Positions 35,063 to 47,812 of a DNA stretch of 64,000 nucleotides are shown here, piece by piece. This stretch comes from Eledone cirrhosa (Eukaryota). A program made the position numbers and the translations under genes. The stretch covers positions 362,638,001-362,702,000 of the forward strand of contig OZ024741.1 in assembly GCA_964016885.1 (NCBI GenBank), in the 5' to 3' direction. Position 1 is the stretch's first letter; each line of letters begins with the position of its first letter. The notes below the pieces were generated by a model that had not been told where the DNA came from, did not search any database, and saw only the letters and a program-made list of their open reading frames with translations.

Positions 35063-37822
35063 AAGCTCACGACAATCACTTGATCACCTATAGATCAGGG
35101 GAACATGCCAGTCAGATAGATTATATCCTTCCCAGAAGACGTGACAAAGTGTTGGTTGCAAACACTAAATCCCTCTCCCGCGAAGAATGCACCTCCCAAC
35201 ATAGCCTCATAGTTAGTGACCTCATAGTCAGGACGAGACGTACTCGACAACAGAGGAGGACTACTCTAAGAAGAAGAATATGGAAGTTAAAGGACCCCAC
35301 AGCCAGTAACAAATTTAAAAGCATACTACTCGATGCTTTTGACAGTAAGGAAGAGCAATTAGAGACGTACAGTATAGAAGAACAGTGGGAATTCCTGAAA
35401 GTTAACCTGCTGAAGACGACAAATGAAATCTGTGGCTGGAGCAGACCTATAGGCAGGAGGAGAGTAACATGGTGGTGGAACAGTAAGGTGGAGGAGTCAA
35501 TCAAGGCCAAGAAGCAAGCTTGGAAAGTATGACGGGATGGGGGAAGTAGAGAACACTATCAAATGGCGAGGAGGGAAGCTAGGAGACAAGTGTACCTTGC
35601 AAGAAGGGAAGCAGAGGAAAGAAAGTTCAAGCATGTTCTACAACGCGAGGACCAAAAATGTGAGGTGTTCAGGATTGCTAGACAATGTGTCAAGGAAAAT
35701 CGTGATATTGTCGGGGAGAAGTGTGTACGTAATGATGATGGTTTACTTGCTGTCACTGATACTGATAAGAAGGTAGCTTGGAAATGTCACTACGAGAGGC
35801 TACTAAATGAGGAGAATAAGTGGGAAAAAGATAGTCTGCCCCAAATCGATCCAATAGAGGGAGCAGCAGTGCAAGTTGAAGGTAGTATAATAAGTAAAGC
35901 AATCAAAGAGATGAAGACAGGCAAAGCAGCTGGGCCTTCGGAGATAGTTGCTGAAATGCTGAAAGCATCTGGATCGGTGGGACACTATGGTCTCCCAGAT
36001 AGTAAACCAAGTCATACAGAATGGGATTATACCAAATAACTGCTACAAGGGTAAAGGAGATGCCTTAGACAGGGGAAACTATAGAGGCATTAAATTAATT
36101 GACCAGGTCATGAAGGTCACAGAAAAAGTTATAGCGCAACTAATCAGAGAGCGAATTGATCTAGATGAAATGCAGTTCAGGTTTGTGTCAGGTAAAAGTA
36201 CGACAGACGCTCTTTTCCTTGTACGACAACTACAGGAGAAGTACCTAGCTAAAAGTAAACCCCTATACTTAACTTTCGTTGACTTGGAGAAAGCCTTTGA
36301 CAGAGTCCTCTGCTCCATTATCTGGTGTGCTCTCAGAAAACTAGGTGTTGATGAATGGCTCGTGAGAGCTATACAAGACATAACAGTCAGCAAGTTTAGA
36401 ATTAACAACGAATATAGTGAAGAATTTAGCGTAAAAGTCAGTGTTCATCAGGCCTCTGTCCTTAGCCCCCTCCTATTTATTATTGCCCTTCAGGCTATAA
36501 CAGAGAATTTCAAGACCGGCTGCCCACGGGAACTTCTATGCGCAGACGATCTAACGCTCATAGCTGAATCAATGGCTGAACTAGAGAAGACCTTAAAATT
36601 AACTTGTCTGAGACTAAAGTTCTAGTATGTAGGAAGGAAAATAGGGCACTGGTCCCCTCTGGGAAATGGCCATGCTCAGTGTGTAGGAAAGGAGTAGGCA
36701 GAAACTTCATTTTATGTCCCAAATGCAAAGAATGGGTGCATAAAAGATGTAGTGGGATCACAGGTAAACTAACCAAGAACATAGATTTTATATGTGGCCA
36801 GTGCTCAGGTGCAATAAGTAGTAGCAAATTCCCACAGAATACTAGCTCCTTCTATTGCCCAAATGTTTCTACAGAAGTAGTAAACACCTTCCGTTACCTG
36901 GGTGACAAAATCAGCAAATCAGCAGTGGTGGTGGGTGCTCTGAAAGTACAGTAGCTAGAGTCAGAATGGGATGGAAAAAGTTCAGAGAGCTTATACCACT
37001 ATTGGCCGCTAAAGGTTTCTTCATAAAAATGAAAGGCAGACTGTATGATGCCTGCATACGAACAGCAATGTTACATGGCAGTGAGACATGGGCATTGTGT
37101 ACAGAGGATCTGCGCAGACTGGAGAGGAACGAAGCTTGCATGCTCCGCTGGATGTGTAATAGTAATATACGTGAACGGCAAAGAATAAATGAACTAAGAA
37201 ATTAGGAATAAGAGGATCAGATGCTGTTTACTTGAGAGAAGACTACGTTGGTATGGTCACGTGATGCGCTTGAAAGACGACAGCTGTATAAAAAAGTGCA
37301 GGGCGATTAAAATAGACGGAAACTACTGAGTAGGTAAACCCAGAAAAACCTGTGACGATTTGATAAATTCCGACCTTAGACACTTACACCTCTCCAAGAC
37401 AATGTCACTGAACCGAGATCTTTGGCGCTACGCAGTAGTACAGAAGACCCGTCTTGCCTAAGTACAAAGTGAAACCTACAGTCAGTAGGCACCTCCTAAC
37501 CAAAAATACACCCCCACCCCCATCTACACCTAAAGTTATGTTGGTGCCACAACATCCAGTCCTAAATAAATGAGGTCGTGTAGGTGTCAACAAAAAAACA
37601 CACAGTTCACGCTGTAATGTGGTCATGTAGGTAACACAGTAAAAACCTCCCAGTCCACACTGTAAACGTGGTTGGTGTTAGGAAGGGCATCCAGCCGTAG
37701 AAAACCCGCCAGACAGTCCTATACGAGCAAGACAACCAATTTTGCCTCAAATTGGGAGAATTCCCATCTAAACCCATGCTAGCGTGGAAGATAGACGTTA
37801 AACGACGATGATGATAATGATG
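35063..37822 (+). mobile_element. RTE-clade LINE (end of endonuclease, RT, Cys-rich finger, 3' UTR), frameshifted
   Basis: SQIDYIL..SQHSLIV, NYRGIKL, FVDLEKAFDRV, LSPLLF, LCADDL, WVHKRCSG; tail gacgatgatgataatgat. Confidence 0.92.
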
Positions 37823-37891
37823 TTATTCAACCATTTTAATTCCTACAATAAATATTCATATTTGTTATTTTTCTTCCATTCTTTGATATTT

Positions 37892-38167
37892 TAATAATAA
37901 TGAAATTATTGTGTAAAGTGCTCAGGTGTACTACAACTCGTCAAAGGTGCATGTATAGTACATAGAATAATATAGGGAAGTGAATAGTGTATGAGTATGG
38001 AGGGGGAATAGTAGGTGTAGTGTCGGCGAATCTCAGGAAGCATGGAGGTTTTAAAGGATGCAGTGTTTCGACAGCTAACAACTGATGCAAGTAGTTTGTT
38101 CCATGCTTCAACAACTCTGAGCGTGAAAAAATGTTTCCGAAAGTCATGGGAACTGTGCTGTTTTCTG
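37892..38167 (-). mobile_element. CR1-group LINE 3' end
   Basis: DFRKHFFTLRVVEAWNKL; TAA-rich tail. Confidence 0.8.
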
Positions 38168-38188
38168 CCTAGTTGAAATCTTGCTGTA

Positions 38189-39334
38189 CAAGAGTCAGTG
38201 GAAAATTTCATAGGCTGGCCAAAATACTCTCATGGAATGTGACCAAATGAGGTTTATTTTTCGCCATAGTCCCCCTTGCAGTTCACATACTTCTTTCATC
38301 CCGTTGGTAAAAAAAGTCACCAACAGCAGATATGACATCATCATTACTGCGATACTGGTTCCCAGCCAATTGTTTTTTCATGATGATATTCAGAGGGGGC
38401 CAAATCATGAGAATAGGGAGGGTGATCAATCAGTTCAAAACCAGTCACGCACAACAGCCATTGAAACCAAGAACATGTGCTACAGCATTGTCCTAGTGAA
38501 ACACCCTTTCATCAATTTTTCTTGCCATTTGTTCTTGATAGCTTGTCATAACTGCCTCAGCAAGTTGGCATAGTACTTTTGAAGATGGTCAATAAACACA
38601 ATGCCTTTTGCATCCCAAAAAACTGAGGCCATCACCTTCTCTGCAGATGAAATGACCTTCGCTTTCTTTGGAGCAAGTGAGGAAGAATGTTTCCACTGCA
38701 TGGATTGTCTCTGTCTCTGGCACAAAGTGATGAACCCAACACTTATCCTGGGCTAGGAAATGTTCAAAGAAACCAGCCTGGTGCACTTTTGATCAGGTGT
38801 CAGAAGACATGGCTCTCACCAACCAGAAACCTTCATCATGCCAAGTTCATTGTGCAGAATATTCTCAACTCTCTCATGGCTATTTGATTTATAGTCAATT
38901 GCCTATCTACTATCATCATACGGTGTACACGATCAATGTTTTGCTCAGTGGTGGCAGTTGCAGGATATCCAGATTTTAGGTCATCTTCAAGACTCTTCCT
39001 TCCCCTCCTAAACTGAGCTGCCCACTTTTGCAGTGTTGATAAATCTGGAGCATAATCCCCTAATGTAGCAACTATGTCAGCATGATAACACCACAATGCC
39101 AAATTTTGTCCATTTTCAAGGGAAGCCGCTTCTAGTTACTTTTGAAGTCTTCCTTGAACAGTCAGATGTCAGTTTATCTGGAAAGATACAATGTTATTAT
39201 TAGAAAGAGATTGCTGGCCTTGTGGCTAAAGTAGAAACAATTATTAGGAAGGGATGAAATTAATGCATGCAAGATTTCACAGCTCTAGCATCACTCCTTC
39301 ATAGTCAGCCTATGAACTTTTCAACTCACCCTCG
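38189..39334 (-). mobile_element. Decayed mariner, same family, opposite orientation
   Basis: Matching TIRs with TA flanks; LSTLQKWAAQFRRGRKSLEDD, WVHHFVPETE. Confidence 0.88.
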
Positions 39335-39780
39335 TATAAATATGAACATTTTTAGAGAAACTTTTCTTTGGGGATGAAGACTGACAGCATTATTATCATC
39401 ATCATCATCATCAGAAGCCATGATTTAAGTCAAATATTATTCACAGTTACAGCCCTCCCTGATGGGTTGGGGGACCACATTGCACACATGTTCCATTGTT
39501 TGGTTGGGTTTTTACAGCAGGATGCCCTTCCTAACACCAGCTACTATATAGAGCATGTCAAATACATTTTATCATGACAGCAGCACTAGAAATGTTGTCA
39601 CTGTTCAATTGTCAACCACTTTTACAGAATGTACTGGGAGCATATTTATCTTGGAACTATTACTAAAAAGGTTGTGCTGTTCCCACCAAAACTAAAATTC
39701 TATGCAGTTTCCATTATCTGTTCATAATTTCACATTAAATGAAGAAAATCTTTCCTACATTCATTTATCTTTTTCTTCAG

Positions 39781-39824
39781 GAACAACAAAGTATAAGCAT
39801 TGCAAAAGCAGGTATTGTTTGCAG
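39781..39824 (+). CDS. MCM8: MCM8 coding exon 18
   Basis: EQQSISIAKAGIVC; cttcag/GTAAGA. Confidence 0.95.
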
Positions 39825-40652
39825 GTAAGATAATCTTATTTCTCATTTACATTTTAATATTTTATGGGCATGGCTGCGTGATTAGGCAATTTGCTTCATA
39901 AGCACATGGTTTCAGGTTCATTCCCAGTGTGGCACTTTGGGCAAATGTCCTCAATTATAACCTCAGGTTGAACAATGACTTGTGCGTGAAATTTGGTTGG
40001 TGGAAACTGCAGAGCTTATCATATAAATATATATCATCATCATCATTTAACATACATTTTTTTATACTTGCATGGTTTCGTTGGGTTGTCACATTATGAG
40101 ACAAATCAAGTCTGGAGACCAACATGTTCAATGCACATCTGTATTTTGGTTTGGTTTCTACGGCTGGCTGCCCTTCCTAATATAAACCACATTACATTGT
40201 AGACTGGGTGCTTTTGATCGTGACATCAAAACGACCATCTAACAAGTTGGAGTGGCTGCTTTTTGTAGTGTCAACAACCACCTTACAGGAGGGACTGGGC
40301 ACTTTTTCTTTTGTCAACAGCATAACCACCTTACAGGATGGCCTAGGCGCTTTTTCTTGTGTCACCAACATGACCACCTTATAGGATGGACTGGGTGATT
40401 TTATTGTTGTGGTACCAGATCAGCATACAAAGAAGACTTATTGCTCTTTGTTGAGGCAACAGCATTATGGGAGATCAGATATAGAGCATGTCCAGCTTTC
40501 ATGCTTGTAAGCATGGATTCCTCTTTTTTTTTATCAAACCACTAAGTTACATGACATAAATACAGACACTGACACAATCATAAACACATACACAAACATA
40601 GACCCATATGCAAACATATATCTGTCATCATCATCATCATAAACGGATGTTA

Positions 40653-42300
40653 AATAATAATAATAATAATGAAATTATTGTGTACAGTGCTCAGGTGCAC
40701 TACAACTCATCAAAGGTGCATGTATAGTACATAGAATAATGTACAAATGTCAGGAAAATGAACAGTGTATGAGTCATGATATAATAATAACAATAATGAA
40801 ATATTGTGTACAGTGCCCAGGTGCACCACAACTCATCAAAAAAGTGCATGTACAGTACATAGGGCAATGCACAAACATCAGTAAAATGAACAGTGCACGA
40901 GTCATGATACACACATGTGTGCATGTGTATGGAAGGGGTACATCAGGTGTAATTTTGGCGTATTTCGGGAAGCATGAGTGTCTTAAAGGATGCAGTGTCT
41001 CGGCAGCTAACAATTGACGCAGGCAGTTTGTTCCATGCTTCAACTCTGAGCGTGAAAAAATGTCTGCGAAAGTCATGGGAGCTGTGCTGTTTTCTTATCT
41101 TGTAGGCATGTCCACGTGTGTTAGACACATGGAGATCAAAGAGGCGCTCAGGGTTGCAGTTGGCGAGATGGTTAAAAACTTTGTGGGTATTCACCAAGTC
41201 CATTGCCAGACGTCGGAGCTTCAATGAATCCATGCCCAGGGAAGCAAGGCGTTCAGAGTATGGTAGGTGTCTGATGGAGGGTATGCGCTTGGTTGCACGT
41301 CTCTGAACAGTTTCCAGGAGGTCAATGTTCCGAGCAAGATAGGGGTTCCAGACTGATGATGCAAATTCCAAGTGTGGTCGCACCATAGCTGTATACAGTG
41401 ATCATGATAATATATATACAGTAAATCCCCAACTTACGAACTAGTCACATTCCAAGAAGCCATTTGTTAATCCCTGTGGTACACCAAAAGACATTTCATT
41501 CAGTGAAGAATGCTGTCCTAGAACCGTGACTACCTCTCTTTGACTGAGAAAGAAGGACTTCAACCAGTTAAAAAGATCATCCTTCACACTCATTGCAGAG
41601 AGTTTTGCCATAAGTGTTTTGTGCGGCACAGAATGAAAAGCTTTAGCAAAGTCAAGGTAAACAACATCCACCCATGAGCCACCATCAGTGATCCGGGTGA
41701 TGTCTTCAAGAAATTCGATAAGTTGATCACAGCAGCTGGAGTTAGGGATATATCCAAATTGCGAGGGCCGGATAAGACTGTGAGAATTCCAGAAGTTCCA
41801 GAGTGTTTCTCTGACACAGGATTCCATCAGTTTGGCAATGCCGCTAGTAAGACTGACTGGACGATAGTTGACTGATGACGTGCGGTCACCCTTTTCGAAC
41901 AGAGGAATGACACTGGTAGTTTCCGACTGCTCCGGAGTAGCACCGTTGTGAAGACAGAATTGAAAGAAGAGTGAAAGCTGGTGCAGAAGGAAATACCCAC
42001 CACGTTTGAGAAGCAGGTACGTAACACCATCAAGACCAGGAGAGGCATGGTTGCATTTATTCTTAAGGTGATGTCACAGCATTGCAGGTGTAAATTCCAT
42101 AGTTGTTATAGAATTTGATGTCAGAGGTCGTGGAAATGGTACGTTTTGGTTTTCAACAGTGAAAATGCCTGCATAGCATTCAGCAATGAGTTCTGCACAT
42201 TCTTTGGGATCGTCAGTAATCTTGCTTGTGTGGTGATTGTGAAGAGGACCAATTGGAGAGTGAGGTCTCTGCTTTGAATGTACATATTTCCAGAACACCT
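40653..42300 (-). mobile_element. CR1-group LINE, internally deleted, with duplicated 3' tail
   Basis: NYRPVSLTS, DVVYLDFAKAFHSVPH, VRPHLEFASSVWNPY, ETVQRRATK; (TAA)n tails at 40653 and 40781. Confidence 0.85.
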
Positions 42301-43136
42301 GGTTAAGATTATTCTAGATTAGCAAACTAATTGAGAACCATAAAGTTATAGCAAAAAGATTGGTTTAACTATGTTTGGTAAAACCACACAAGACCACTTT
42401 CCCTGCTAAAACAGAAGTTAACTCTAAAGGCCTATGACAGGCTTCATACTCAGTATGGGGTCCTTTTTAAGGCAATGTTTTATAGCCAGATACCCTTCTT
42501 GGTACCTACCCTTTTAGTTGCCTCAAATGACATGTAGAGATATGGTGTACCTATTCTAAACTGGATACACTCTGCGTATTAACTATATTTAGTACCTCAT
42601 AAATAAAAGTAGTAAGTACCCTAAATTTATTGTCTAATATTGTTTACTGAAATTTACCAGTAAAGGAAATTATCAACTGGATAAACTAAAATAAGTGGCA
42701 TGTTGACATGTAGTCTCTCTTTTCAAACAACATAAATATGTATGGTTGCTTAACTGTTGATAACATCAATATAATTTAGAATCATCATTATCATACATCC
42801 ACTTTCCATGCTGGCATGGGTTGGAGGAGGTTATCACTAAATAAGACTAGAGGCGTTTGAAGAACTACATCTTGCTAATATGTTCCATATTTTGGCATGG
42901 TTTCTATGGCCGGATACCCTTCCTAGCACCAACCACTTTACTGTGTACTGGATGTATTTTATTGTGACGCTAGTACTACTACTTTACAGTGTACAGGATG
43001 CATTTTATTGTGAGACTAGTACTACCACTTTGCAGTGTGTACTGGGTACATTTTATCGTAGTATTGGCACTAGAAAAGTTGTCATGTGCTTGGCAAGACT
43101 GAAGAATCTTCTCTGTCCTAAATTTACTGACTTACC

Positions 43137-43750
43137 ATCATCATCATACATCTGTTCCATGCTTGCATAGGTTGGATGGGTCCTCAGTACAGCATCTTTC
43201 CACTTGTGTTCCTTTGTCATCTCCTCTGTAAGATTTAGTGATCTATTATTAGCTCTTACCACTTCCATATAGGTCTTTCTTGGTCTCCCTCTACCATAAC
43301 CTCCCTCTACTGGGATTACTTGAAACTTCTTCACCCAGCGATCATCATCCATTCACATCACATGTCCATACCAACACAGTCTCCTCTCCTGCACAGTAAT
43401 TCTGATTCCTCTTATACCCAGTTTCTCCCTCAGTTCATTCATGCTTTGTCATTCTCACATCCCTCAAAGCATGCTTACCTCATTTCTCTCCAGCCTCCGT
43501 ATGTTCTCTGTGTCCACTGCCCATATCTCACTACCAAGTAGCATAGCACTTCACACACAGGCATCATACAGTCAACCTTTCATTCATGAGGAGAAACCTT
43601 TTGTTGTTAGCAGGGATAGCAGTTCCCTAAACATCTTCCATCCTGTCCTTATTCTAGCTACTATGTTCTCCAAGCACCCGCCTCCATTGCTAATTATATC
43701 TCATAAGTAGCAAAAACTATCAACCACTTTTATGAATCCATCCTGGAATT
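43137..43750 (-). mobile_element. RTE LINE 3' fragment
   Basis: MDDDRWVKKFQVIPVEGGYGRGRPRKTY; (CAT)n at 43137. Confidence 0.8.
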
Positions 43751-43771
43751 GGAAAAGGTTTATATTATTTA

Positions 43772-44025
43772 CTAGGAAAAGAGCCCATCGCTGCTGGGTA
43801 CACCTTTCGCCATTGTAAATAAAGACCCCCTTTCTCCTCAACATGGCCGTTTTTAAATAGCCCCAGAACTCTGCTATTTTAGTGGAGAGAAAGATTTAAA
43901 CTATATGTTGACATGCTCTGTGAGCTAAATAACCTATGTATCAAATTTGAACAAAATTCGGTGGAAACTGGAAATGCATTGCCTGCATACAGACTGACAG
44001 ACATTTTCATTTTTATATATAGAGA
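43772..44025 (-). mobile_element. Non-autonomous Helitron (about 254 bp)
   Basis: Minus strand: A|TCTCTATATATAAAAATG..TCTGTCAGTCTG start, subterminal hairpin CCCA-n7-TGGG, CTAG|T end. Confidence 0.7.
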
Positions 44026-44394
44026 TTTTATTATTATTATTATTTTTGGCACTCTACCAGCATAGGAATTTATCACCCGGATAAACTGAATTAAGTGGTG
44101 TGTAGGTGTGTAGTTTGTCTTTACCAACAACATAAATATGTATGATTACATGACTATTCATAGCATCTGTATAATCTGTAAATGTAAGAGTATGAAGAAC
44201 ACATTTCTGCTAGCATTTTATCTTTAACACATTCATAACTACATTTCTAACAAGAATAAACATCCAAATGTTTGGAATGCTTCCTAACCTTTCATTTTGA
44301 TTTCCATGTGTCTAACACACGTGGGCATGCCAACAAAGTCAGAAAACAGCTCAGATCCCAGGACTTTTGGAAGCAGCACCCACTCAAAATAGTC

Positions 44395-44740
44395 TATCAA
44401 CGACCGCCATCAACAAATCTGGTGTAGTCATTTGCATCCATTCTTTGACATTGTCCAACCAGTTTTTGCGTTGCTGTCCCCTCCTGCATCCACCTTCAAC
44501 AGTGCCTTGCATGATGATCTTGCACAGACCGTCATGTCATGTGACATGGCCAAACCATGCCAGTTTCCTCCTCTTGACAGTGGCAAGGAAGGGTTCCTGG
44601 TGACCCACAAAACTTTTAACCTTACTCCACACATATTCATTGGTTTTACGTTCCCAATAGATAATACGAAGGAGTTTTCTCATGCATTTGTCCTCAAATG
44701 CCTTGATCTTTCACTCTGTTTCTGCCAAATGTAAATGTGA
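44395..44740 (-). mobile_element. Fragment of a different RTE (BovB-like) LINE family
   Basis: Minus strand reads RRKLAWFGHV..IIMQGTVEGGCRRGQQRKNWLDNVKEW-like. Confidence 0.65.
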
Positions 44741-45659
44741 ACCTGTTAATATGGGTGGTTTCAGAAGGGGTTGTTAACAGGAAACCAGAGAGTAGTTATG
44801 TGTAGATTTGTCATGAAAGAGTCAACAGATGTTATATTTGGTTTTGGCAGGAAAAATTAGCAGATCATTATAGCATCAGATTAAATGTTTTTGTATTTGT
44901 TCCAGCTCTCTGTTCAAATCCTGTCTAGGTTAACTTTACCTTTCGTCCTTTCAGGTTCAATAATGTACCAGTCCAAGGGTGGTAGATTATGGGAATTGTT
45001 AAAAAAAAAGTTGAACTGATCTAGTTCTGTATATTCTAAGTTTAAATCATGCCTCCTTTTGCCAGGTGTTGAAACCAGTAGATAATATCAACCATGGAAA
45101 GACTAATGGAGATGTTGTCTTTCATATATTCTGATGATATGTTCCTTTCCTGCATTTTTTTTAAACAAGTGGATCATATGTAGCATAAAGTTTTACTATT
45201 CTGATGGTTTGTCTAGTGATCATGGTTTTGACACCATCAGTAGCAATAAGTGTGTTTGTTTGTTTTTTACCCTTTTGATATCAAACTGCTCCTGATACTA
45301 CAGTACTAAGCTGTTTATATTTATCCAAAAACTTTCAATTATAAATTTTATGCTTAAAACATTTAAGTTCTCCAAGCACCAGCTTAATGAAAGAGTTATA
45401 CTAATTAATCCCTCCAAATTCTTGATAATTTGCAAAATTATTTGAAAATCACAGTCAGTTTTTGATTAGAAATATGGTACTGAAAAGGTTGGTGGAATTT
45501 CTTAAAATCTTATTTTCCAATCTTCATTTTGATAATTCACAAGTTTTTTTAGTTTATCTTTGGACAACTACCTGTGTGCCACAGGTCTGCCTAACCACAG
45601 CTCACCTGAGGTTACACAACAACTTTTTTTTTTTTTTTTTTATTTCAATTATTTTGTAG

Positions 45660-45746
45660 TTTACCTGCCAGAGCTTCCATAATAGCAGCTGCTAACCCGG
45701 TAGGAGGACACTATTCAAAAGCTAGAACAGTCTCAGAGAATCTCAA
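45660..45746 (+). CDS. MCM8: MCM8 coding exon 19 (sensor 1)
   Basis: [29 protein letters not shown]; ttgtag/GTAACT. Confidence 0.95.
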
Positions 45747-45799
45747 GTAACTCTTTTAATATAGTTTTGTTTTTGTGATTTTTGTGTCTCATGTTAGAA

Positions 45800-46562
45800 A
45801 CCATTGCAGCATACAATTACGTCCCTTTACATTCTGAGTTCAAATCCTGCCAAGGTTAGCTTTGCTTTTCATCCTTACAGGAGTCGATAAAATAAAGTAC
45901 CAGTAATGCACTGGGGTCGATTTAATTGACTTTCCCCTTCCCCCAAAATTGCTGACCTTGTGCCTATAGTAGAAACCATTATTAGTTCTTTGTTATGATC
46001 TTGTGTTTCATGTTCTTTAAGCCAGAGGAATGGCAGTATTGATAGAATATTGGACAAATTTCTTTGCAGCATTTATTTATGGCTTTCTACCTTCTGAGTT
46101 CACATCCCATTAAGGTCAACTTTGCCTTTCATCCTTTCAGGGTTGATGAAATTAAGAACCAGTTAAACATTTGGTTCAGTATAGGAAAACAAAATGAAAA
46201 AAAAAATGCATGCACACTCATACACACAGACACACACACTACAAATAACAGCAGGTCTCCTTCTTCTGCTTGGAACTTTTGGCACATATTCACCCAAATT
46301 GCTGGCCTTATACCCCATATTAGAAATCCTTATGGGGTTGATAAAATAAAATACACTGGGTAATTGCTGGCCTTGTGCCAAAAGTAGAAACAATTATTAG
46401 TTCTATGCGGTGGATTGGCAGTATCAGTAGAGAATTGGACACCTTTACGTTCTGAGTTCAAATCCTGCCATGGTTAGCTTTGCCTTTTACTCTTACAGGG
46501 TCGATTAGTCAACTTTTCTCTTCAAATTGCTAGCCTTGTGCCGAATGTAGACACAATTATTA
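45800..46562 (+). mobile_element. Cluster of tRNA-derived SINE copies
   Basis: Repeated TTCTGAGTTCAAATCC..TTTGCCTTTCATCC..GATAAAATAAAGTACC. Confidence 0.7.
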
Positions 46563-47299
46563 GTGCTTTACTCTTTCAGAGCAATACACTTTCAGGCTGG
46601 TGATATTGATGTAGCTTATGCTCAATATGAAGATCTATAATTCTAGGGAGGCTTTCGGAATGCTTAAGAGTACACAAGGACCAGGCTATAGTATTAAACC
46701 AGGTGTTATGTTAGGCCTACCTTATACACTGAGAAAGTTTGCATTATGTATCTTGCCTATAAAAACTTTAACTCACACCATGTGATCAATTTCTCCCTAC
46801 CTGACCCTCCCAGCAATGCTGACTCATTGTATTTGTTAACAGAATAAATTTATATCTGATGTTTACATGTCTGGGCATTTAGCGCCCTAGGCTGGCCCTA
46901 CAATGTATATCCCATTCTCCCAAATAAAATAATTTCAACTTACACTTTGGCAAGCTGATAAACATAGTTTTTTACATTTCTTGCTCTGACCACATTAAGA
47001 AAATTAATAAGCCTGCATATTCTACTTTTCAGTCCACACTCACCCACCTCAAATACCATGACAAGTTATAACACCTTACAATTCTCTCCACAACACTGCT
47101 AGGCAGCAAAGATGTTTAGTGATATATTTACTGGTAGCTGGAAATTTGTATAAAACTGTGATCCTTTAAGGTTCAGAAATATGCCCTATGTGGCTGCTTA
47201 GTTGGCCTAATGGTAACACCAGCCCTGGATGTTTTAATTGTGTAGTTAAATGTATGCACAACATGCAAATTAGACTAACCATTTCAGGTATTTTCTATC

Positions 47300-47483
47300 C
47301 AGTGAAATTCTGTTATAACAAAATTCATGAGGTATAAAAAAAATTTTGTTGTAATGAAAAATTCTTTATAACGAGCTCAACCAAAACAAATCGATCGTTT
47401 GTTTGTTACCTCAGGGATTGAAAAAATTTCTTTATACTGAAAAATTTGTTATAATGGTATTCGTTATAACAGAATTTTACTTG
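47300..47483. mobile_element. Tc1/pogo-like MITE
   Basis: Imperfect TIR CAGTGAAATTCTGTTATAAC / GTTATAACAGAATTTTACTTG-TA. Confidence 0.6.
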
Positions 47484-47550
47484 TATTCTGTATGACATAT
47501 ATAGCATTGCTCTAGCAATATTCTTCCATATACATAAATCATAAAAATAG

Positions 47551-47597
47551 TTATTCTCTGATGAGTACACAATAATGTTTGAAATGCATAAAAATAA
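47551..47597 (+). ncRNA. Decayed minimal hammerhead ribozyme motif
   Basis: TTATTCT-CTGATGA-GTACA caataa TGTTT-GAAA-TGCA-TA-AAAATAA. Stem I pairs at 6 of 7 positions, stem II is partly broken, stem III is the palindrome ATGCAT. Confidence 0.5.
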
Positions 47598-47748
47598 AGA
47601 TAATCTCTTATGTCTTCTGTGTACAGAGGAATGGTTGAAAGTATTTACACTTCTTTTCATGGTGAAAGCTTCTAATTCAAAAAACAGTAATTATATTTAC
47701 CTTAAGTTTACCTGAAAATTTTATATCTGATGATACATTCCTTTTCAG

Positions 47749-47812
47749 GATGGGGAATGCCTTACTGTCCAGATTTGATTTAGTGTTTATTTTGTTGGAC
47801 AAACCTGATGAG
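47749..47812 (+). CDS. MCM8: MCM8 coding exon 20 (arginine finger)
   Basis: MGNALLSRFDLVFILLDKPDE; tttcag/GTAAGA. Confidence 0.95.

Noticed and set aside
34879-35532. MCM8-RTE fusion, because the LINE begins about 45 nt after exon 17
   Set aside because: Exon 17 has a strong GTAAGA donor and read-through meets a stop at 35062-35064; the LINE is frameshifted.
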